The notes beneath the pieces are model-generated. The model saw only the letters and a program-made list of their open reading frames with translations. It searched no databases and was not told the DNA's origin. Below, piece by piece: positions 35,850 through 48,859 of a DNA stretch of 61,403 nucleotides (the first letter of the stretch is position 1; each line of letters starts with the position of its first letter). Source of the stretch: Vicugna vicugna (lineage: Eukaryota). The DNA is taken from contig MU057521.1 in assembly GCA_013265495.1 (NCBI GenBank), forward strand, positions 930,001-991,403. Direction: 5' to 3'. The translations under genes were made by a program, and so were the position numbers.

Positions 35850-36560
35850 GTTAGCTACACTCAGGACAGATTGGAAAGACCTGCTGGGAAGCTGTTATAA
35901 CATTAGACAAGGGGTATCGAGTAGCTGAAGTCAACAGTAGTGATGAGGATGAAGAGATGGAAAGCGAAGGTCTGGACTTCTCCTAGTAGAAGTCGAGTGG
36001 GATCTGGCAGCATGTCATAGTGAGACTGTGAGAGGGAAGAAGCCAAAGGTCAAGCCTTTGACTTGAGGTGGTATTATTAAGAGAAATAGGGACGGCGAAG
36101 AGAGAGATGATGAGTTCTGTTTGGCCATATTCCATTGGAGGTCCAGGGAAGATCATAAGAAAGGAGTTATTCAGGAAGAGGTTAAAGAGTCAGACAGATG
36201 CTGAAAATGGGGGGCTGATACTACAGAGAAAAGTCAGGACTGGACCCCAGAGATCTAGGTGGCATCCCCAGAGAAGAGATATCTGCCAGATAAGACAGAG
36301 CAGAGAGAGACCCTGAGAGAGCAATCATAGTTAAGCCTGGCTGAAAAGCACAGTGGCAGACATGGGAGGAAACCCGCTAACACATTCCAGCACGTTCCCC
36401 AGACAAAAGAGTTCCAGGCAGCATAAGGCTATGAGGAGTGGACACTGAGAAAAGACCTTGAGGTCTGAAAGACAGGAGGTCACTAGTATTTTTGAGCGCG
36501 GTTTCGCAGAGCACCTGCTGTGCGGGAGACTGGAGGGATGCTAGAATGTGAGTATGAGTC
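35850..36560 (-). mobile_element. Degraded L2 body fragments
   Basis: Purine-rich L2-like motifs: gatgatgagttctgtttggccata, aggaggtcactagtatttttgagcgcggtttc. Confidence 0.5.
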
Positions 36561-37294
36561 CCCTGGGAGGTTGGGTGATGTCAGGCAGTACGATGGTCAC
36601 TTAGAGGGAGGAGCATCAAGCAACACTTCCTTTTATTTTCAGAGTAGAGAAATCTGAGCAAAGAAGGGCAGATCAAGCAAGTTAGGGTGCCCAAAGCCAG
36701 ACGGTCTGGTACGTGTGGTCCAGTATGGTGACCACTAGCCACAGGTGCAAGCGGAAGGTGGAATGAGGCACTTAGAAAGGAAAAAGTGTTTGGACCGTGG
36801 TGATGAGGTATGTGGAACGGATGAAGGAATCCCCAAAATGTCAGCAATTAGGGAAGAATTCTTCTGGTTTTATACCCAAGGTAGTGAATTTATTGTTTTT
36901 TAAAAAACAAATACAAAACTCAGAGTTTGCTGGTGAATCTTGGCATACACTCATCTGTCCTCACTGGTAAGGCCCATTAATAGAGGTCGGGCCTCAATAT
37001 TATAAATCACAGGAAGATGTGAATGTTAAGGGAGGCAAGAATGGTCCATAGTGACTACAGTGGCAGAAATGACAAAATTGGGGAGGGGTATACCAAAAAA
37101 AGCACAGATTCCTGACATTTTATGAATTTAGATAAAGCTGTCCTTAACAATGGCCCCTGGGACAACCACCTTCTCTATAAATGGAGCTGGGAACAAAAAA
37201 ATGTTTTGTGACACCAATATAGGAAACAGTGACCGCCAACTTCTTTCTTAACCTTCCTTCCTTATTGTTTACCTTCCTTCCATATAAAAATGTG

Positions 37295-37440
37295 GGAAGC
37301 AGCTTGGCAGAGTGGGAAGAATAGGGGCTTTGGCCTCAAACAATCCTGGGTCTAATCCTTGTTTTGTTACTACCATGGGGGACATTGGAGCAACTCATAC
37401 AGCTTCTGGAACCAGCATGCTCACCAGCTAATGAGGGGTG
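37295..37440 (+). mobile_element. MIR fragment
   Basis: ggcagagtgggaagaataggggctttggcctcaaacaatcctgggtctaatcct. Confidence 0.65.
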
Positions 37441-38912
37441 ATAGAGTTTGTGGCTGAAGTCAGGTGAGTTCAGGCAGCGCCAGGAAGCAAAGGGCTCAGG
37501 GAACCCTGGTGCTAATCTCTCCTCCCGCCCCCTGCCCCCAGACTTGGGCTCCATGCAGTGCTGGGTGTGATCCGCCCAGAGGCACTTCCTGGCTCTCAAA
37601 GGATGGCCGTGTGGAACCGCCTGGGAGGAGGAAGGCAAGTACTCCCCTTGGCCCGGCCCCAAGACCTGCCACACCGTTGTTTTTCAACAAAACCGACATG
37701 CAATTTTATTCATGAATTTATGTTCCAAGTAATGTTCACTTAATTGGTGTTGAGCTCCCTTAAAATTAGATTATACGACTCAGTTTCCGACTCTGTCCCA
37801 GTAAGCGGAGGCCTTACAACACAGGCTGCATACAAAAGCAGAAGGGGAAACAGCTTCTCTTCTCGCGTGCTCAGCCACTCAAGTCATTCTGATGGCAGCC
37901 TCTCTGATTTATACACTGCCTGGTTCTATATTAAGCCAGCCCAGTTTACTTCCGTAGCATAATTCGTCATGACGATGATTAGTTAGGTAAAGAGAAGAAA
38001 ATGTATGAGGCTCTGGACCGAAGCTAATGATGAATCGTTCTTTCTCCCTTTCAGCATAAACTCAAAAGATGTGAGTCAACCACAGAAGAAACAAGGACCA
38101 CATAAGCTAGAAAAGAAACTCAAGAGTCCCTGCTCAAACGCAGGACCTGCAAACACACACTGGCAACTGCTTTAGGAACCCGTGTTCCCTGTTGCTTTCC
38201 TTACAGGAGCAAGACATGATGCTCAAAGAAGACACTCAGTAAATTTAAAAAGGAAAGGGTATTTTGGTAGAATGCATACATAAGAACAGGTATAAACTGA
38301 AATACCTTGGAATGATTTTTAAATGTCACTAAGGTTTATTTTGAAAGAAACTAAAGGTCGAAACTAGACCACACCAAGGGGAACAGCAGCTAAGGGAGGG
38401 CAGTCTCACACTAACTATGGCTCACAAAACAGAACTTCTGTTCAAACACATCTTCGTAAAACTGTAGTTTCATAAATAATGTCAACTGAAAAACATACAC
38501 ATAAAAGGCCTTGAATCACCATTGAACTCGACAGCAATGCATACCCTGGTTCTGAAATAATTTTCAAAACTGAGATCTGTAAAAATGGAGGGAGGTGTGG
38601 TTTGAGGGGGAAATGCCAAGAATCAGAGGGGTGTGTATATTGTTTTACTGTTTGGGGGCAGTGGACGATTTGGTGCTTTACAACAATCACATAGTTTCAC
38701 AAAATAAACTTTCTTTTTCTTTTTTAAAAAACCTATGTAATTTTAAGCACCTTTATTAAAGGCTGGGTGTGATAAAGTGCTTCCATGAATTTAGTGGGTG
38801 GTTAAAAAAAAAAAGAGCAAAGGTCGCCAACACTGAATTTTTATACTCCCAGTTGCTTTTAGAAGTCCAGGCATATGAGGATTAAAAAAAAAAAAACCTG
38901 ATGAAATATAGA

Positions 38913-39065
38913 CAGTTGTCACTCAGTATCCCCCGGGGACCAGTTCCAGGATCCCCTCTCAGACACCAAAATCTAAGCATGCTCAAGCCCCTATTTAAAA
39001 TGGCCTAGTACAGCTGGTCCTCTGAATCTTCAGATGCAAAACCTGGGAATATGAAGGGCCAACTG
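38913..39065. mobile_element. MER2-like Tigger MITE
   Basis: TIR-like cagttgtcactcagtatcc / atatgaagggccaactg plus TA; internal caccaaaatctaagcatgctcaagcccctatttaaaatggcctagta. Confidence 0.8.
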
Positions 39066-40261
39066 TAATCCCAGTAGTTTTACTCTGTTTATACTCTTAA
39101 GAATTTTCATACGTTCTGATTCAGATTTGCTACCATGACATGAACAAGGAAGCGTCTCCCCAGAACTGTGATGTGAACTGATATCGACTACATTCCGCCT
39201 GACCTTGCATCATTCCATTTGATGGTCTAGACGAAGGCCTTAAATTCAACAGCTGTGTTGTGAAAAATCTCGAAGTCTGAGACGACACAAGTCATGATAC
39301 TGCTTTTCTTACTCTCTTGAAATAGCATGCCTTCCTGATATAGGTCATTTACTGAATTTTTCAAGAAAATGTAAACATTTGAAATGAGATTAAATAATTA
39401 CAATTCCATTTAATTTGGCATTTCAGCTGGCAAGATCACTCTGCTATATTGGATCTTGGCAGACACTCCGATTAACAGCAAGAACGGGGAATGGCTTGGT
39501 GGTGACAGATGTGTGGCTGACCTGGTGCTCTGGTTGCAGACAGCAACCCTTTCAGGACACAGTCGCCTGATAAGTGTAAAGTCCAACTGGTGTAAACAAC
39601 GTCTGTTTTCATGGAGAAGGCAGTGTTGCAAGACTGACAAATCTCAAATGAGATTTCTATTGGCCCAAACCTTAATAGTTGCCCTCTTTTCTCCTCTGAG
39701 CATTGCAGTTTGCTTTATTTGATGATATAAAGAATCTGGAAAGTGAAAACGGTTACTTAAAAGTCTTGGGTGACCAAGGGGGATGGGGCAGAGGATGTGA
39801 TGGTGCTGGAGGCAGACTGATCCTGGTAGCAGGGACCAGTGGGTGGGACTGAGCGCTCAGAGGTTAAATGGGCAGAGAGCAGCAGACTTGCCACACACCC
39901 AAAGGACTAGCCCTGCCCGCACTGACCAATGGGGTAACTGCGAGCCCGATGGACCTGGCCACGGCGTAGGCGCCGTACCTCTGCAAGTGCCAACTCTTTC
40001 ACTGCAAAAATGCAACTAACCAGGTCGCTGAAACTGAACCATAGTCGCCAAAGATGTGTTTACACAGGAGCACTTCATTTAAGTTGAGGTAGAGAAAAGA
40101 TGAATGAATTTGATTCATCCATGGGTTGGTGATGAATAGTTCAAATCAAGGTGCACTGGAGTCAAGACATTTTGAGGAATTAAAGCCAAATTTCAGTATT
40201 GCCATGAGTGATAATAACCACTGGGTTTTGTTGGTTTGTTTAATATTTATCAGACAATAAT

Positions 40262-40428
40262 TACTATTAGGAATCAGGAGATAAAGATTTTAGCTTTAAT
40301 TCTGTCCCTAAGGAGATGGGTTACCTTAAGCAAACCAGCTCTCCGTGAGCTGCAGTGTCTTCACCTATAATAAGGACACTGGACTAGACAATCCCTTAGA
40401 GTCCCTTCCAGTAAAAAAGTTCTATGAC
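40262..40428 (+). mobile_element. MIR3-type SINE
   Basis: gaatcaggaga...accttaagcaaacc...ggactagacaatcccttagagtcccttccag...ttctatga. Confidence 0.7.
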
Positions 40429-41995
40429 CTAAGTAACTGCTAATCACACGCCTGGGTTTCCAACAACATGACAGAGCTGTCAGGCTGTTTGTTCTATGCT
40501 TATTACACCTGACAGATTATTTATACCTATTAACCGTCAATGATCTCGTAAGAATGCATGTTTACGTGAGACAGTAGACATCTAAAATAAATGGGTAGCA
40601 ACTTACGTTAAAAGTTTCTTCCTTTATGCCTTGGGTTTAATGAATGAGCCTAAAGGGAGCCAACACCCTAAAAGAAATAGCCACTACTTTGATTTGTAGC
40701 AGCAATCAAAGGAATAACTATTTTATGTCTAATCAGTAAACTTCTCAGCCCAAGCAAGATATCCCTATTATCCAAACTTGCTACTAGGTGAAGGTGGTCC
40801 CAATGGTCCCTTGAGTAGAAACCTGAATGGCTGTCTGGCTCATACAGAGGCCAAGGCTAATGCTGGCATCAATCAGACACACAACTTCACCTTCACTTGC
40901 TCTGATCACCCAATGACGGCAAAGAAAAAAGTTGCAGACAGTCATAAGGGTAGAGAAGAGATATAAAGGACTGTCAGGGGATCCTCAGGCTCCCTGGAGG
41001 GAGGCAGTGATAACAGATGCCATTAAATAGATAGGCAGAGCAAAGGGGAAAAGATCAATGACCCCAACTCCTAGAATTCTGAGTAGAACTGACAAGTCAG
41101 GCACATAAGTAAAGCCAAAGAATGGAAAACAAACAAAAATCCTGAGTCTTCCCAATGGCTGGACATCTACCAAGGCAAAATACATGATGGGAGGTAAACA
41201 AGTATTTACTGGGAAGCCACCATGTGCCAAGCATTACTCAAGGCACTGGGGTCACCATGGCAGCAACAGTCTGTCCTTAAGGAGCCTGACTGTGCAACCT
41301 GCTCTGTGGAAAGAGAACCTCAGGCAAGGGGAAGGGCAGACAAAGCACTGAGAGGGAGACTCTTCTTCAAGTGATCGTATGAATTCAATTGATCATGCAT
41401 GGGGCTTAGACGGAACCACTAAGCAAAGCTCCACCATTGGCTGTTGGAGCCAGAATGGGTGTCGGAACCCAGGGAGCCTAAGCTGGCCCACTGTTCTTCC
41501 CACTCCAGAGACACTGCAGAGCAGGAAGAGTCAGAGGGAATTTTCCTTTATTTGATTAAGCATCACATCTGACCCACACCAGTATCATCCCAGACAGCAA
41601 GGCAGCTCTGGGCTCACAAGTCTCAAGAGATGCTGGCGCTATCACAAGGCAGAATCTAAAGACAGCCCAAGGCCAGGGAAGCACACTGAGTCACTGCTGG
41701 GGGGAAGGGTTTGAGGGCAGGAGCTGTGAGGTGTTAAGGACTGAGAGGTTGTCCGAGTGGGCAAGCGCCCTGGAAAGCAGAGGCGTCTCTCTGCCAAGGG
41801 CCCCCGTGGCCCCTGCTCCTCATGTGCAGGACAGAGAACCTCTGGAGGCCCCGGACACACTTCCCACATAAATATTTGTATTTTCATCATATGAGCCACA
41901 CACGTGCAGTCCCGTATTTCTTACAGAATGACAAATTCCAGCACAAACTGAAACTTTAAGGCGATTTGTTTTTTAATGTTTTCCCATTATTACTT

Positions 41996-42214
41996 CAGGG
42001 ACCCACACCTTTTTCTGGAAAGGAGCGGATGATAAGTCTTTTAGGCTTTTCTGGTCATGCAGGCCCTTTTGCAAATACTGAACTCTGCCACCAAAGTGTG
42101 AAAGCAGTCAGACTGTACGTCAAAGAGCAGAAGAGGGTACGTTCTGTTAAAACTGCCTTTACGGAAACAGACCACAGCTGGATTTGGCCAATAGGACATC
42201 GTTTGCTGACCTCA
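41996..42214. mobile_element. MER58A-type hAT MITE
   Basis: ctttttctggaaagg...ttttaggcttt...gcaaatactgaactctgcc...gtgtgaaagcag...gctggatttggcc...tttgctgacctc. Confidence 0.85.
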
Positions 42215-43539
42215 GATATACATCACTTCTCATCAGCCCTGCCCATAATTTCCTAAATTCAGTAATTTACTCCGGGGATACCTACCCTCACGTCAATTTA
42301 CTGCTCTAACATGAGTGACTTACCTGAGTTTTCTGTCAAGCCCCAGAATGCAACATATTTTCATAATTCCTTGGGGAAGATGATAAAAGATTATCAGCTT
42401 TACAGATGCAATGTCTCTTTAAACTGTTCCCAGACAACGAGAGGATAGTTGAACATAGAACATTAACAATGGCTAACATGGGCCTTTCCCACCAACAGCA
42501 AGTACTTAAGACCATTAGTGGAAACACAGCTAGCACTCCAAACTTGCTTCACACTTGAAAATATGGAACCACCACTTCAACAAATAAGCAATGATTCTGG
42601 AAATCATTGTGACAGCTCCAGATTAAAGGCAACCCTGCCCTTGATGGAACTTCACAAAGACATCGTGATAGTGCCTCCTGGCAGTCTGAACTTTGGATGC
42701 AGTCCTTGGTTCCTCTGCATAATCACGCAGTAGCCGAACAAATTTAGATTTGGCCAGGTTAATCTCAGCCCTATACAGAAGCACCTTCTGATGGTTCCCA
42801 TTTCCCAAGAAGGGACATTGGGTACATTTCCCAAACACAACGGAGCATTCCTTCAAAGTGCCGCAGAACATGTATGATTTATGATGAGAGCGCTGTTAAT
42901 CTGAGGCATCTTAAGACTGGAAGGAGATACAGGAACGGAAAGTCTTACCTCAGTAAAAAAAAAAAATACCTAATTGTTAAGACTCAACTGCTTTCACACA
43001 TTAAGAAAATTTTTTCAGTATGTATTTCTTAAGAGTTCTTCAAATTACCTGGAAAACCTACTATATTAATTTGAAAAAAGAATGGCACATTAAAAACCTA
43101 GGAGGGTGGTTTATGGATATTTCTTTAAATAAGTCTATTCAAAATCCATTCATGAGATTATTTTCTCTAGGCAGAGTGTTTATTGCTTCGATCTCCCTAC
43201 CTACCCTCAATATCGATGATTCATCATACGAGTTAAGCCTCAAACTGAGGTTGCAAAGAATTCCTACAGGCTTCGGTACTAAAATTAAGCGCCATGGGGA
43301 GTCAGCTGTCAGTCTGCTCATTACTTCTGCGTTTTCTTACTCCCAGCTGCAGTAACTCAATGAGGGTTGATTTTCCATTTAGGCAAGGTAAGAAGAAAAG
43401 AAAAAAAAAAATACAACCCCTCGCCCACGGCCAAGCCAGATACTGAACAGGGCTGCAACCAAATACCATCAATCATTAATTCATCTTTCCTGATCAAACA
43501 GTAAATCCAAAAGGCTTTTCCTCTTGCTTTCTCATATTG

Positions 43540-43765
43540 ACTTTTAAGTCAACTTTGAAGTAAAATTGATCAATAATAAAATGGACAGATTTTAAGTGTA
43601 CAGTTCAATGAGTTTTGACCAATGTGTGCAGCTGTGTAACCACTATGCCAATCAAGCTACTTCCATCGCCCAAAGGTCCCTCTGTACCTCATCCAGTCCA
43701 ACCTTCCTACCCCTACCCCTGCCCACCTTCCCCCCACAGCTCTGCTTTCTACCTTTGAATTTGTG
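43540..43765 (-). mobile_element. Old L1 (L1ME-like) 3' end
   Basis: aataaaatggacagattttaagtgtacagttcaatgagttttgaccaatgtgtgcagctgtgtaaccac. Confidence 0.8.
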
Positions 43766-44931
43766 TATTTAAAAACCCTACCTATAGGTTCTGATTTAGG
43801 GGGGAGTGGCAGTATTCTGAGGGTACTTTCAGATGTCCTAGGATCATGATTTTTGGAAAAGCTTCACAGAGAAAACTCCAGAGTAACAAATACTCCTACA
43901 AAGGCATTCATGCAAAGAGGTACTGAGTATGTGGCACTATTCTAGGTTTGGGGGATCTGAAGAGAAAAAAAGATGAGGCCAAAGACAACCCTCCTCTTAA
44001 CTGCAGCACAGTGCGATCTGGGATTAAGGGGCAGGCAGGTGCGGGAAACAGGTAGAAATGGAAGAAAGGGCACCTATGTCCGTCTGGACAGACAGCAAGG
44101 AAAGATTGTTCTGGAAAAGGTGGCATTTTAACTCCAAGGATGAGGACACAGCATATGCAAAAAGCAACAAGGGCCAGAGCCTGGGGCTTCCGGCAAGTGA
44201 CTCAAGTATCGCTATAGAAGGCAGTAATAAATTACAGGACCTACCTCATCAGCTGCTCAGACTGAAATACATGAACACACGGATCCGTCTGGCTCTTAGG
44301 TACTCTCGCTGTCCTACGAGGCAGGAAAAAGGGCTGGCCCACCATGCCAGGCGGTGGGGTTGGAGCAGTATGAACTCATCAACCAATTAAGCACAGTCCT
44401 TCCCTCCTCTGAGCTCCGTGGAGAAGCAGATGACGAAACTGCTGGGGGTTAAAACATGACCTCGGCGGCCACACTGTTCTAAAGCAAGACCTGAGGAAAC
44501 AGCTGGGCCCCAAAGCCCAAAGGCACTTCCTCCTCCTTCCCCTCGTCCTAATGATCAGAGCAGCTGTCCCCGCAGGCTGGGAAAGGCCAGGTCACTAGGT
44601 GGCAGCAGGAGCAGAGAGCAGCCCCCGAGAAGGGTGAACAGGTGTGGGAGATGGAGAGGGAAGGAGAGGAGGAGGAAGTCCGGGAAGGATGGGGAGGGGC
44701 AGAATGCAAGCCAAAGCAGGGCCCATCCCCTCCTCCTTCCAGTCCCTGGCAAGGGGCGCTGAGGCAGGCCGAGGCCCCTGGAGTGGGCAGAAGCGGCAGT
44801 TGTTATTTGGAGGAAGAGGTGGGATTCTAAGGCTCCACCCTTCCTATTACTCAGAGCCTGGATTTTATTCCATAGGTGATAGGACTTGTGAGGACTTCAC
44901 AGGAGAGAAGTATCTCAGTCATAACTGCCTT

Positions 44932-44994
44932 ATCACCATTATTTTTAACCATTTGAAAGTGCATAATTCAGTGGCATTAAGTACATTCATGGTG

Positions 44995-45026
<32 letters not shown>

Positions 45027-45406
45027 GAGATACTGGGGAGTGAACCCAGGACCTCGTGAATGCTAAGTGTGCTCTCTCCCACTGAGCTATACTCACCCCT
45101 AAGGACATTCATAATGTCATGTAACCATCACTGCTATTTCCAGAACTTTTTCAGCATCCCAAACAGAAACTCTACAGCCATGAAAGCCATCCCCACCATC
45201 TTCCCCTCCCCTGAGCCCCTGGTAGCCTCTGTTCTGTTTTTTCCTCAATGAACTGTGTATTCTAGGTAACTCATGTAAGTGGAATCATATACTACTTGTC
45301 CTTTTGGGTCTGGCCTATTTCACTAAGCACATTATCAAGGTCCATCCATGTTGAAGCATGTATCAGAATTTATCCCTTTTTATGCCTCAGTAATATTCCC
45401 CCGTGT
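44932..45406 (-). mobile_element. L1MB-like 3' UTR, interrupted by a SINE
   Basis: ttttaaccatttgaaagtgcataattcagtggcattaagtacattca...ttccagaactttttcagcatcccaaacagaaactct...aagtggaatcatat...tcaaggtccatccatgttg. Confidence 0.88.
44995..45099 (-). mobile_element. tRNA-derived SINE with a (CA)n tail
   Basis: tactggggagtgaacccaggacctcgtgaatgctaagtgtgctctctcccactgagctatac. TSD taagtacattcatggtg (44978-44994) / taaggacattcataatg (45100-45116). Confidence 0.9.
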
Positions 45407-48400
45407 GTTACCTTTTTAAACTCCCCTGGCAACAGAGGGGGAATGAATTGGCACAGGTCCAGCTGAAAGGGAGAGGTAGGCAAGACTGGAATGAAGGCCA
45501 TGGGGATGGAGGAAAAGAGAAGAGAAAATGAAGAGGTCTTGGAGGTCAGATGGAAGTAGAGAGAGAGGGGGGAGAGTGAGGGATGAAGGAAGGAAAGACC
45601 CCAGTTACTGGTCCAGATCACTGGATGGAGGTAGCATTTTGGAGGAACATGGCCCTGATGAAATGCAGTGAGGGGGTCTGAAGGTTAGAGATGGCCAGTA
45701 TACTCTGTATCCTGAAATGTTCTAATTACTGAAGTCCTGACTTCTATGGGAAACTTAGACAACAATTGGGAAGCTAGCTTTACAATATACTTTTATTTAT
45801 ATGAACTTATATTTCACCAAGTCAATTATTAGACAACAAAGAAATAGGTATTTTCATTAATAGGCCCTCTGGAAGAAATGGAGGTGGTGGGGAGAGTCTA
45901 TAAATCACAAATGTTTGTTTATAGAGCTTAAGCCTTAACTGTTCACATTCTTCTGACCTGTGAAAAGCTACAGTACAATACTTGTAAAGGACTCTGTGGG
46001 GCCAGGCTACAACGATTATTAGGTGATCTCATTGTCAAATAAGGACTGTCTCAAGGCCCACAGCCATTTCTTGCCTTGTAAATTCCTTCGTCACTCAACA
46101 CCAAGCTGTGATTATAGAATCAACACAGGGAAATGCTAGATTCACCATCTCTCCCTTTGTTACTTATTCATTCGTGTTCCTTCCTCCTCTGTAAACAGAC
46201 ACAGCTTTACAGATTAATGAAGCTCGCTGAGCACAGTACATGGTACAAGGTGGGCACTCCTTTGTTAAATGACACCCACGTTAAAGTGCACACCTGACTC
46301 TCACTTACTCTCAACAAAAATACTCAACTTTCCAAGGAGCCCCGAACTGAAATGTGAGGTTATGTATTATCCAAATCTCTACATCCAAGACCATGCCCAA
46401 AGTAAGCTGGCTGAAAGGAAAAACTTAGGACTAATGATCACCCCCTACTCTCACCAAGTACCCTCAAAGCAAAAAACACTGTAAAAAGACAATCTCTATG
46501 TCAGATAAAATACAATGATTCGTTTTATTTTAATGTAAATGACTTCTGTAAAAAAAAAGTTTTCCTGTTCGATGTTAAAGCTTAAAAGTCTCATCATCAA
46601 ATAAGAAACATATTTTGCTTCCAAAACATTTTTTAAATTATGTAACCTTTTTAGAATATAAATACATATCCTAAATATATCATGGATGTGTGGAGACACA
46701 CATGTGTCATGACCTATTAGTATATTTATATATATGGGCCACCTAAGATCCAATTCGTTTTTTTTTTTTGAAACAGACAATTGTTACACCGATTTTGTTA
46801 TCGAAGTATTGCAATTTTTCTTCATCACAACAATATATATTCAATTTTAGGGAAAGTAATATATTTAGGTCATATTTTTAAACAACTGAGAGTCAGTTAA
46901 CATCTGAATTAATCAGTAATGACCAAAACTTAATAGTAATTTCTACCAATACCTTTTCAATATCCTTTTGATATCTTTTTGGTTGGGATAATGCCATTCT
47001 AAAGTATTTTGGTTTTGAACAAATAGGAAAGTCTATTTTGTTATTCACAATATGTGGATATTTAATTTTTTGTTCTAAGTACATGTGTGTGTAAATAAAT
47101 AAATACATACACACACACACACATATACCACCTAACTAAAATAACTTAAAACATAAAAAAATCTATGTTTCTACTACAGAATATTTCATTTCCTAAGCTA
47201 AAAGTTCAGTTAAATAAAGTAATTGACAAGTCTTACTTGGTAAAAACCGCTATCCAATTGAATAAGGCAAATATATTTCCCAAATGACCATGTACTACTC
47301 TGTCACCTTAAGTCTGTTTAATCTACCAATAATTTACTGAGTTTCAGCTTTCATTTCATTTGTGAAAAAAATTCTCAATAACTTACCTTTCTTAGAATAG
47401 TCATAAAATGTATCTAAACACAGGAAGTTAATATTTTTTTCATTTACCCAAATTCTGTCTTTGAATTTTAAAACTGATTTAACAATCATTCATTTCGTAA
47501 GTAGAAAATAAATTAAAATAGAGTCTTTCAGGCCATCAAACAAAACTGATAGGATTTTGGAAACCACTTCTATATGGGGCTCACCTGTATTGGGTCCTGC
47601 CTGATATCAAGCATGTGTTTTCAATCATCAAGGTAATTTGCTATGCCTGACATGGCTGAGCTTCTGTCAGTCTGTTTGTATTTGAGAAGTACCTATGGCA
47701 ACACGGTTAATCTGCATCTGCTTAATTCAAGATTTTTTTCAAAGCAGAAGAAATAGTAAAGCATATTTCAAATCTCTCTGCCAGTTTTTACAATGGCAGC
47801 GAGCTTCCTTCTGTTCCCGGTTCTATGTTTCTACTAAACTCAATGAATTTTACCAACAGAGAAAATAGCTGTTTCCTTCCTTTATGCATATTATGACACT
47901 TTTCATAGAGACATAATAATAATAGGAGTAAGACCGAAAAATACAGATTTCAAAGAAAATAGATGTCTCACCAACCATTAGCTGATGTAGGTCATGGGAA
48001 TCAGATTACACTGGTTTATTGAGACAGCCAGTCTATTTCAGAAAATAATTCTCTAATGCTCTCAAGATACTGAGTAACTTAAAACAAGGTCAAATTTAAC
48101 CTATGTTAAAAGGAGAGAAGAGGTAGCAAAGCCTTAAAGAAACTTAAATCTAAGGTGATTCACAGTGACCCATTGCTACAACTGCAAATTTAATTTCAGC
48201 TCCCCACCCGAACCCATGTCCTTCAAATGACCACTTTAATTGCCACAATTCCTCCGTCTTCCAGTCTAATGGAATACCAATGAGACCACAGAATCAGACT
48301 CACAGCATGATTTCCTGAGGAGGTGATTCTACAGCTGACATCACTGAACACAAGTGCTGCCTGTTAGTCTGGTCTGATTGTTTTTCTTTAGCTGATGGAA

Positions 48401-48859
48401 ACATTCCGAGGGCTCTCAGGGGCAAAGGGACTATGCATTTTTAAAATGCCTTCTATCCCTGAAGCTGGATTATAATAAGCAGATAAAGAGACAGGAACAT
48501 TGTGAAAACAATTTGAAGAGGTTTTTTGTGTGTGTGTGCATCAATCCAGAACGGGGCAATACATCATCCAGGTGACTCTTCCCATTTATGGCTACTTTCA
48601 TAATCTGATTGCCATTTGCACTGAAAAAAAAATCAGTTTTAGCCACAGGATAAAATCTCAAATACACTGGGAACACCAACTCCTTTCATTTTGAGTGTGT
48701 TTAAACGCTAATGCAAAACTGCTCCGTTCCACAAACCAGCAAGTCATCATTCGTGCGATCAACCATGCAATGATTTATTTAACATCCCCTATGCACCAGG
48801 CTCCGGAGCAAATGATGTGGCCTGTGGTTACTTATCCAATCTTCTCTTTGTCATGCCCT

